From Zygophlyctis sp. KS116 (Eukaryota; Fungi; Chytridiomycota), in NCBI GenBank assembly GCA_054661495.1, contig BAAFSQ010000007.1:60001-92000 (forward strand): a DNA stretch of 32,000 nt. The letters run 5' to 3'. A program made the translations under genes and the position numbers. The notes beneath the pieces were generated by a model, which saw only the letters and a program-made list of their open reading frames with translations, searched no databases and was not told the DNA's origin. Positions 21,756 through 30,459 of the stretch are shown here, piece after piece. Within the stretch, counting starts at the first letter, position 1, and the number at the start of each line of letters is the position of its first letter.

Positions 21756-22298
21756 AGATTTATTATTACAGGAATTCAAAAAACTTCCCAGTCAATTCAC
21801 AGTCTCTAGCCCAAAAGGTGGATTTTTTATTTGGATTACAGATACTACAAAAACTTTAGATTCTAAAATTTTGTTGGAAAGCATTTCTAAAAGTGATGAT
21901 GCAGATTATAAAGTCACATTCACGCCTGGAAATTCCTTTTCTGCTAATAATGCCCATGGCCATTGTATGAGAGTCTCTTTTGGAATGTATAGGGGTATCG
22001 AATTGATCACTGGAGCACAACGTCTAGTGAATATTTTGACGCAAACACTGAACTAGCGTAAGTCAAATATTTTCAGCCCAGGAATAGAGTGTCTAGGACA
22101 ACTTTCATTGTTAATGTCTTTGAGAATTCCTGGAATTTCCTTTTACGAGTTCAAATCCCAACTCTTTAAAATTGTTGTAAAATACAAATCTCTTGATTTT
22201 TTAAATTACTTTGAGTCCTTTGAGTTAAATGATTTAATCAATGTATTTTAAATACTAACCTTTAGGAACTATTGAATGAAATCTTTGAAAAGGATCTT
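21756..22298. repeat. 543-bp direct repeat, right copy (includes the aminotransferase 3' fragment 21756-22056)
   Basis: DLLLQEFKKLPSQF...TQTLN* is identical to the aminotransferase C-terminus. Confidence 0.95.
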
Positions 22299-22607
22299 TA
22301 TTCAGGATCTGTCTCTTACACGTTCCCAAATCTTACGATTGAATTTGAAAGAATTCAAGAGTGTCTAGTTCTGACATTGGACAAATTAAATCAGTTAAAA
22401 AGACCATTGTCTATTGAAATTTATGAAAATAAAAAAGTAAAGCTTTCAGAAGATGAAAAGTCTGATATCATTAAAGGGATTGAAATGATAAATTCAGACT
22501 CTCAAAGAGCTAAAATCGTAATAAATCGTACATTTTTCAAGGAAATCTCATTTATGGAAAGTCTAGTATTATCTCTCAAGGATCTATTCAAAAAATTCAA
22601 AAAATAA
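22114..22607 (+). CDS. Hypothetical protein, two exons (~156 aa)
   Basis: ATG 22114, 43-codon exon, 23-nt intron 22243-22265 (GTATTTTAAATACTAACCTTTAG with canonical TACTAAC), in frame with ORF 22272-22607. Confidence 0.65.
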
Positions 22608-22621
22608 AAACTAGTTTTATT

Positions 22622-23182
22622 TTAATTTGCATGAACTGATGTACAAGGAAGTTTAACAGATTGAGCATGATATGATTGATCATTTGCCAGTAACTTTGAT
22701 TTAAATATTTCAACTTGATTTTCAATGATTCCCATCCAGTTAAAATACATTGATTCAGAGATCATCAAATCAAAATCAAGCCAAGAAAGAATTTTCCTTT
22801 CTTCCTTGTTCAATATATCAAGTGGTATTCCGGATACAGATTCCCATGATAAATTTGAAAAAGTAGAGTCACAAATCGCCTTCATTCCCAGCATTAGAGT
22901 AACAACTAATGTCTTTTTTTCTGATCCCATCAGTAACAATGATTTAGATTTCAACACATGAATGTAATATAATGATAACATGACAACGGAAAACAAAAGG
23001 TTTGAAGGTTTAAGGACTGAATGCACATAGTTCTCCAATCCAATTTTATCATTTGTATGTCCAAATTGCTTCATGATGTAATTTGCAACAAATCGGGAAA
23101 AGTTTTTAGTAAGAATGGATGGCCCGAGAGCAGTTTTGGACAATTGGATCCTAGAGCTCATGGATGACTGATGGTAATTCAT
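22622..23182 (-). CDS. Pcl/Pho80-family cyclin
   Basis: Cyclin-box pattern LSLYYIHVL...LMLGMKAICDSTFSNLSW..VSGI....LNKEERKILSWLDFDL. Confidence 0.8.
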   Translation of the reverse strand: MNYHQSSMSSRIQLSKTALGPSILTKNFSRFVANYIMKQFGHTNDKIGLENYVHSVLKPSNLLFSVVMLSLYYIHVLKSKSLLLMGSEKKTLVVTLMLGMKAICDSTFSNLSWESVSGIPLDILNKEERKILSWLDFDLMISESMYFNWMGIIENQVEIFKSKLLANDQSYHAQSVKLPCTSVHAN

Positions 23183-23464
23183 CCTTTTACAATTCAAAAA
23201 GTTTCAGGACGGCAGGAAAGGACGCCACAAATCATTTTGCAAATCAGAAACGACTGCTTTTACTGATTAAATGGGATTGCTCAATCGGTCCAAGCATAAG
23301 GCAAAAATTTTGTTGGAATTTACCAAAAAACGAAAATGTGTCTAAAGCAGCTTAGGATTCCCAGACTCTAAACGTGTTCCGACCGCCAGACTCTTGATTA
23401 CTACAAAGATTCAAAACGTAAAAGCAATTTCTTAATGATAAACACTACTTAAACCTAAAACGCA

Positions 23465-24460
23465 TTAGTCGTCTGAAAGAATAGCATAAATCATCCCAGC
23501 AATTCTCTTCAATGATTCAACAGTGACAACTTGTTTTACAAAGGTCAACGTATCAAAATCCCTTTCGATTTTATCATTCTGACTTTTCAAGAACATCCAT
23601 TCAATATAATTTGTGACTATACCATAAACAGTTTCTAACCGACCCAAATCAGAAGCCACTTCCATTCCTACTAAATTCTGAGCCATTCCTTGTTCCATAT
23701 CATCCTTCTTGGCTTCGACGATACAAAGTCTTTTATTTTTACGTTTGAGCATGAATTCGAAATGTCCATTGGCTTTGACATTGACACCCTTCAAATCTTC
23801 TTCAATAATTATTTGGATAGAGTCTTCTGGTCCAAATAAGTCAGAAACATAGACGAGAATGGGAGCAATAAAGTGCAAGCGTTGAGTTTTGTTACCAGTA
23901 GTGATTGAACTAAAACGTCTTGTGAGAGTGACAATATAATTGTGCAACAACTCAATAGTTTGTTGGGGAATTTCTTTGACAGTTTGAGAATAGTCATGAA
24001 TAATGTGTCCATATACAGTAGAAATATGACTCCAATTCAATGATGAATATGCTAAACTTTCCTTGAGATCCGTCTGATCACTGTTTTCATCAGCATCTAT
24101 TTCAGCCTGAATAATCAAGGGATTGAGTTCTTCCCATCTATTTCTTCTTTCTTCTGATGGATGTACAGTCTTTGGCTTTTTGACAACTGGGAGAGCATCA
24201 GCATATCTAATGAGCAGTGGGCTATCACCATCATTCTCAAATCCTGATTGCTCAAGTAGTTCGCTTATTTTGAGTCCTGGTCTTAGCTTGTCGCCATCAT
24301 ATCGATGGAGAGTCAACTTGCAGAGGGAAAACGAATCAAGTTCAGGGGCGAATTCCTTCTTGGTCTTTACAATCAAATCAGCCACATTTTTGCATCCAGT
24401 TGGGTCAACTTGGATAGGCTCATCCAAATACCGCACAAACAATGGTTCGAATTCTCTCAT
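23465..24460 (-). CDS. Crinkler (CRN) effector: ubiquitin-like header + PD-(D/E)XK nuclease domain
   Basis: Header VADL..KTKKEFAPELDSF....LTL...PLLI; C-terminus RLHFIAPIL, NGHFEF, CIVEAKKDDMEQGMAQ, VYGIVTNYIEW. ATG at 24460; the longer ORF start overlaps NAR1 on the opposite strand. Confidence 0.85.
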   Translation of the reverse strand: MREFEPLFVRYLDEPIQVDPTGCKNVADLIVKTKKEFAPELDSFSLCKLTLHRYDGDKLRPGLKISELLEQSGFENDGDSPLLIRYADALPVVKKPKTVHPSEERRNRWEELNPLIIQAEIDADENSDQTDLKESLAYSSLNWSHISTVYGHIIHDYSQTVKEIPQQTIELLHNYIVTLTRRFSSITTGNKTQRLHFIAPILVYVSDLFGPEDSIQIIIEEDLKGVNVKANGHFEFMLKRKNKRLCIVEAKKDDMEQGMAQNLVGMEVASDLGRLETVYGIVTNYIEWMFLKSQNDKIERDFDTLTFVKQVVTVESLKRIAGMIYAILSDD

Positions 24461-24524
24461 TTCCCAAGAGTAGTGCCACAAGCGTTTCGACCAAGGGGGC
24501 TGTAGCAACAAGGGTATTGGATAA

Positions 24525-25857
24525 ATGTTTAGCAATGCTGCAGTTAAAGCCGATCTTAATGATTTTATAACTCCCTCCCAAGACTGCATAATCCCAAAAA
24601 AGGTATCCAAATACTAGTAATCTGTAGGATGTTCAAATATCATTAAACGATTGCTTAGCTTGTTCGGGATGTATTACAACTGCAGAATCTGTTTTAATTA
24701 ATGAACAAAATATCCAAGAGTTTTATAAGTTGGATCAAGGGAAATTGATTGTCTCTGTCTCTGAGCAAGCAAGAGCTTCAGTTGGAGCTAAATACTCTAT
24801 GAATAACTCTGAAATTCAAAGAAAGTTGACATGGTTCTTTAAAAAACATTTGAAATGTCAAAGCGTCATTGATCTTTCTCTTGCAAGAGATGCAGTTCTA
24901 GTTGAAACAGCTACTGAATTCCTAACTAGGTTTAGGTCTGAAAAGTCACCCCTACTCAATAGTTCTTGTCCTGGATGGATTTGTTATGCAGAAAAAACGC
25001 ATCCAGCTTTGATTCCAAACATTTCTAAAGTTAAGTCACCCCAACAACTCATGGGCACATTGGTCAAAAGGCAAGGCGATGTTACTCATGTGACAATCAT
25101 GCCGTGCTATGACAAGAAGTTGGAGGCATCTCGAGATCAGTTTCAAGTAAATGGTGTTAGAGATGTGGATCTAGTATTAACTACAACTGAATTAGAAGAG
25201 TTGGTTGCTAAAGAAGGATTTCCAGGATTTTTGGGTTTAAAAGAAGATGATTTGGAAGGATTTTCTAAAGTGCATCCTTCTAATCCAAATATATTACTAG
25301 GTACTGATGGATCATCATCTGGAGGTTATTTATCATATATATTCATTATCGCTGCAAAAACATTATTTAATATTTCTATTTCTCACTCAGATATACTAAA
25401 TGGAAGTAATGGAGTTGAAATTATTCAAAAGTCTAGAAAGAATTCATCAGATTTTATTCAAATTAATCTAGTGGATCCTTCAAATCCGAATCTAAAGTTG
25501 TTAAGATTTGCAGCGGCATATGGATTTAAGAATATTCAAAATGTTGTACGGAAACTAAAAGGCTCAGAACAAAATTGGGATTATGTTGAAATCATGGCAT
25601 GTCCTTCTGGATGTATCAATGGTGGTGGACAGTTAAGAAATGAATCTTTTACTGGTAAAGACTGGATTTTAGCCTCTGAATCTGCCTATACCAGCACTCC
25701 CTCATTAGGAGTGACACCAACAGAATCAATCAAGCATAATTCCCTGTTTCAGATATTGCTGGCCTCTATTCCTGAACAGGAACGATCATTAATATTTTAC
25801 ACTACTTACAAAGCTGTCGAGAAAAAAATTAGCAATGCTTTAGGAGTCAAGTGGTAA
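24525..25857 (+). CDS. NAR1: Cytosolic Fe-S assembly factor Nar1/NARFL
   Basis: DLNDFITPSQDCI, intron 24603-24627 (25 nt), ISLNDCLACSGCITTAE, SSCPGWICYAEK, MPCYDKKLEA, EIMACPSGCINGGGQ, terminal KW. Confidence 0.94.
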
Positions 25858-25905
25858 CTCAACTGATGAATGATTATCGGTGACTTTTGACCCTTTAGAA
25901 ATATA

Positions 25906-27076
25906 ATGTGGGAATTAGTTTTTCTAGTAATGATTAGCCCGTTTTTGCAGTTCTTTTTAATCAAACTGAACAGTCCAAGAATTGTTTATTCCATTGTGCC
26001 GTTTTCATTTTGTTTCTTTGGGCCATTGTATTTTAGATACCCAACTACCCCAACATATGCAGCGGTAGTTTCCATTCTCTTATTCAGCTACCTCAGGATA
26101 TGTGATATTTCACTCTTACCAACGGCAATTGTTAGATCGTGGACGGTTTATGATTACTCTGAATATTTCATGACTTATTATACCAAAGAACAACGTAAAA
26201 AATTGGGAAAGAAATGTTATTCTAAATACTCTACTCCATTCTCTAAAAGAGATGCATCATATTATGGTAAAGTAGCATGGAAACTATTAGTACAATATAT
26301 TGCGCTTAATGTTTTGGTATGGTACACCAATGCATATCCGCCTCAGGATCAACCATTTTACACGATTGTATGGCCTTATAACTTGAGAATGATGGTTGAT
26401 AACTTTATTTTTGGATTGATTTGCTGTCTTTTGTTAAGCATCAGTAACTTTTTTATTCTTAATTACTAGATTATAATCTCGTCTTTCAACCACTAACTCA
26501 CTTTTTCCAAATACCTTTTGAACCAATTATGAATTCACCATTTTTATCTACTTCAATCAGAGATTTTTGGTCTAATAGATGGAATATGTCTATAAAATTA
26601 AATTTGCACAGAGTTGGGTTTGTACCAGTCGTGGAAGGCTTTAGATGGATATCTGGTATCAAGAATGTAGAAAAGTCTCCTTCATGGCATTCAATATTAG
26701 GAGCAATGAGTAAGGCCAATATATCTGATAGAACCTAGGTGCATTTGTTTTGTCTGGATTGGTACATGAATGGATGATGGTATGTCTTACCGAAGCGCCA
26801 AGTGCATATGAACAATTTATATTTTTCACAGTCCATGGACTCATCACGGTATGCCAAGTTCTAGTTGAAAAATCTGCAAAGAAGATTTTTGGATGGAATC
26901 CCGTTTCCAAGGTTCCGTCAGTTATTTGTATACCTACAACATGGATTATATTTTTGATGACATCTTCATTTTTTGCAGGACCGTGGATAAGAGGAGATAT
27001 TTTAAACAATGCACGTCTCTTAACGATTGACGAAGTGATTTTCACTCTTGAAAAATTAATTAAAGCTAGATCTTGA
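25906..27076 (+). CDS. Wax-synthase-type MBOAT acyltransferase, paralogue 1
   Basis: MNSPFLSTSIRDFWSNRWN, SGLVHE, FFTVHG; introns 26444-26469 and 26710-26738. Confidence 0.88.
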
Positions 27077-27227
27077 TCGTTTATTGAAAAAATGCCGTAT
27101 TAGAGCTTGATTTAAAAGGACCAATTGAACTTCATAATAGTATCTCTGGGCGATTGTAAATAAGTCCGAATCTTTCAATGCAGATCATCAGTTTACAAGA
27201 TTGTGAGTAGGAGTGCAATTTCTACTG

Positions 27228-28364
27228 ATGATAGAACTGGGGATACTAGTTCTCATCACCCCACTGTTACAATATGTGCTGATAAAGCTTCAAACTAGCA
27301 AAATAATCTATGGAGGAATCCCCTTTTGTTTATGTTTTTTTGGGCCATTCTATTACCGATATGGAGCAAGCTTTAGTTTTGCAACTTATTGCTGTTTTTT
27401 ATTGTTCAACTACCTCAGATTTCTTGACATATCTCTTCTGCCAAAGAATGATGTAAGATCATGGTCGATCTATGAATATTTTGAATATTTTCTATCCTAT
27501 TATACAAAGGCGCAACGGAAACAAATGGGAGAAGCAAATTTTGCACACGCAGTCCCATATTCGAAGCGCACTGCAGAATATTATGGCAAGGTGGCCTGGT
27601 CATTAATTGTTCAGTATTTCATTTTTAGTGGTTTGATCCGGTTTGAGCAATATTATCAACCCAATCGTGATCTACATTCAAACAGATTTCTTTGGCCAAC
27701 CGAATTTAAAAACATGGTTGACAATTTGATTTTTGGGTTAATTTTATGCCTGATCTTGAATATTGGTATAATTATTTCTTATTCTAAATACTAGACTATA
27801 ATCTCATCTTTCAACCACTAACTCACTTTTTACAAGTACCTTTTGAACCAATTATGAATTCACCATTTTTATCTACTTCAATCAGAGATTTTTGGTCTAA
27901 TCGATGGAATATGTCTGTAAAAATAAATTTGCATAGAATAGGATTTCTACCAGTCGTGGAAGGCTGCAGATGGATATCTGGAATCAAGCAAGGAGAAAAG
28001 GGTCCATACTGGCATGGGATTTTTGGAGCTATGGGTAGTTTTTTTTGTTTATGAAATAGGCGCTTTTTTTGTATCAGGATTAATTCATGAATGGGTTATT
28101 GCTTGTGCTTCTACTAGGCCCACAACTCTTGAACAATTGAATTTTTTCTTGATCCATGGATTAATAACGGTTTTGCAGGTTATTTTTGAAAAGATTATAA
28201 AAAAGGTATTGGGTCGGAACCCATTATCAAAGCTTCCAAACATCTTCTGTATCGCCATAACATGGGTATTGTTCTTGATGACTACATCATTCTTTGTCAA
28301 CCCATGGGTAAGGGAAGATATAATAAATCGAATCCGGATCCCTGCGATTCAGGAATTATTCTAA
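27228..28364 (+). CDS. Wax-synthase-type MBOAT acyltransferase, paralogue 2
   Basis: Same motifs; introns 27766-27794 and 28035-28059. Confidence 0.88.
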
Positions 28365-28449
28365 ATTACTATATAAAAGACTATTTTAAAGTATTTGCAA
28401 AGTCCGAATCTTTCAATGCTCAGTGTGAGTAGGCGTACAATTTCTACTG

Positions 28450-29556
28450 ATGATTGAACTGGGGATACTATTTCTCACCGCCCCATTGTTACAATATGTG
28501 CTGATCAAGCTTCAAAACAGCAAAATAATCTATGGAGGAATCCCCTTTTGTTTATGTTTTTTTGGGCCATTCTATTACGTTCAGACTGAAAATCCAAATT
28601 ATGTAAAATGGGTCGGTCTATTATTAGTGATTTACCTTCGAATGGCTGATATTTCGTTTTTGCCATTGACAGAAGTGCAATCATGGACTATTTCTGATTA
28701 TTATGGATATATATTTTCTTATCATACGACGGCGCAACGGGAACAAATGGAAAAGTCGAATTTCTCAAAGAACAGTGTCCCCTATGCTAAACTTGACTCA
28801 GATTACTATAAACAATTATCATGGAATTTACTGATTCAATATTCTTTACTAAATTTGTTTATGTGGTATGATCACCATTACCCTTCGAATCGCCATCTTA
28901 CGGTTAACCAGTTCCTAATGCCTATTGACTTTGAAGCCGTTTTTGATACGTTGCTATTTACAGCGAATGTGTTTTTAGTACTGAATATTAGTAAGATTTA
29001 CCAATTAATTTTAGATAATTACCTCACATTTATACCAATATCCCATTTCTTTCGGATCCCTTTTAAACCAAATATGGATTCCCCTTGGTTATCCACCTCT
29101 TTGAGAGATTTTTGGTCTCATCGATGGAATTTACCAATGAAATTAAATCTTTATAGAGTAGGATACTTGCCTACAGTTCAAGGATGTAGAGTAATTTCTG
29201 GAATCAATGAATTAGAAAAGACTCCAAAATCATTCAAAATGACTGGGATACTATTTTCATTTTTAGTCTCTGGAATAGTTCATGAATGGATGATGGCGTG
29301 TACCTCTCAAAAATCCACTTTTGAACAATTTAATTTCTTTCTTATTCATGGAATTTTAGCTTGTGGCGAACCTCTGGTCGATAGTTTTAGAGACTATAAA
29401 AACTCAAAGAATACGGTTCGTGTACTCATGACTTGGATCATATTTTTGATGACTAGCCCATTATTTATTAATCCGTGGAAACGAGAAGGGATCTTGGCAA
29501 GAATCAAACCGCCATTGATTATTGATCTTTTCATAAGAGGCTCATTGATTAGGTGA
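28450..29556 (+). CDS. Wax-synthase-type MBOAT acyltransferase, paralogue 3
   Basis: PWLSTSLRDFWSHRWN, SGIVHE; probable in-frame 24-nt intron at 28991-29014. Confidence 0.88.
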   Translation: MIELGILFLTAPLLQYVLIKLQNSKIIYGGIPFCLCFFGPFYYVQTENPNYVKWVGLLLVIYLRMADISFLPLTEVQSWTISDYYGYIFSYHTTAQREQMEKSNFSKNSVPYAKLDSDYYKQLSWNLLIQYSLLNLFMWYDHHYPSNRHLTVNQFLMPIDFEAVFDTLLFTANVFLVLNISKIYQLILDNYLTFIPISHFFRIPFKPNMDSPWLSTSLRDFWSHRWNLPMKLNLYRVGYLPTVQGCRVISGINELEKTPKSFKMTGILFSFLVSGIVHEWMMACTSQKSTFEQFNFFLIHGILACGEPLVDSFRDYKNSKNTVRVLMTWIIFLMTSPLFINPWKREGILARIKPPLIIDLFIRGSLIR

Positions 29557-29567
29557 GTGGTTGACTG

Positions 29568-30311
29568 ATGATTTTGTCTCGAAATTGGAATTGTTTCAAG
29601 GGATTTTCTCTAAAACTTGGATTTGGATTTGGAATTGGGCTTGGATCGGCATACTTTTTAAACAATATCAATTGTGACGCACCTGCCAAAATTCTACAAC
29701 AGGACACTGGAATTGAATTTGATGAAAAAATTCAAGATTTTAAAATTCTCGGAGTTGGAGTCCGTCAAGTCACTTTTATAAAGTTTAATGCATATGCTGC
29801 TGCCCTCTATCTTCAAACTAAAAGTCTAGAAAATCTTGGATCAAGATGGAAAGAGGAATATACACCTGATAAATTACTAAAGTCTCCAGAATCTACATTT
29901 TTTATCAATGATTTGTTGAAAAAAGGAAATTCTTTAAAATTAGTAATCAAAACTTGTAGAAATACTGATGGACCACATTTAAGAAATGGATTTTTGAAAA
30001 TGTTGAATTTACAGTATAAATCTTGTAATCTGAATAGTCAAGAAAAAGACGCAGTAGACAAAGATTTATTAATGTTGAAATCATCTTGGCCAGTCAAGGG
30101 AACATTTAAAAAAGGAGATACTGTCATTGTTACAAGAGATGTAGATGAATCCTTGTCTTTTGAATTTCCAGATAATCCAGAACTCTTTGGGTTTAAGATT
30201 AATAATTCAAGATTATCAAGATGGTTTTTCCAGAGTTATATAGGGGATTTTGGAATCTCAGAGTCTTTAAGGAAAAATGTGTCGGTTGGATTGCAGAAAT
30301 TATTTTACTAG
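29568..30311 (+). CDS. Mitochondrial chalcone-isomerase-fold protein (Aim18/Aim46-like)
   Basis: Presequence-like N-terminus, LGVGVRQVTFIKFNAYA..LY, RNTDGPHLRNGF, FFQSY...ISE.LR. Confidence 0.82.
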   Translation: MILSRNWNCFKGFSLKLGFGFGIGLGSAYFLNNINCDAPAKILQQDTGIEFDEKIQDFKILGVGVRQVTFIKFNAYAAALYLQTKSLENLGSRWKEEYTPDKLLKSPESTFFINDLLKKGNSLKLVIKTCRNTDGPHLRNGFLKMLNLQYKSCNLNSQEKDAVDKDLLMLKSSWPVKGTFKKGDTVIVTRDVDESLSFEFPDNPELFGFKINNSRLSRWFFQSYIGDFGISESLRKNVSVGLQKLFY

Positions 30312-30378
30312 AGTGGATTAAATTTAAATCAAATCGTATTATTTTACTAGAGTGGATTTATTTAAATCAAATCGTATT
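30299..30378. repeat. ~39-nt tandem duplication spanning the AIM18-like stop codon
   Basis: tattttactagagtggatt(aa/t)atttaaatcaaatcgtat at 30301-30339 and 30340-30377. Confidence 0.88.
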
Positions 30379-30459
30379 GAACAATGGAACAAGCCTGAGC
30401 CTACTCCAAGAGGTTAAAAACCTAAACAGCAAATTTTTCGTGCAACAAAAAAATATTTT

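Noticed and set aside
21592-22056. 154-aa aminotransferase-like ORF as a separate gene
   Set aside because: It has a TTG start in an off-frame of the GIY-YIG remnant fused to the duplicated C-terminal fragment, and lacks the PLP lysine.
24461-24610. 50-aa N-terminal extension of the CRN ORF
   Set aside because: It overlaps NAR1 exon 1 on the opposite strand; the CRN header begins at ATG 24460.
30299-30378. Short direct repeats as a CRISPR-like array
   Set aside because: Two adjacent copies with no spacer, in a eukaryotic context; a simple tandem duplication.
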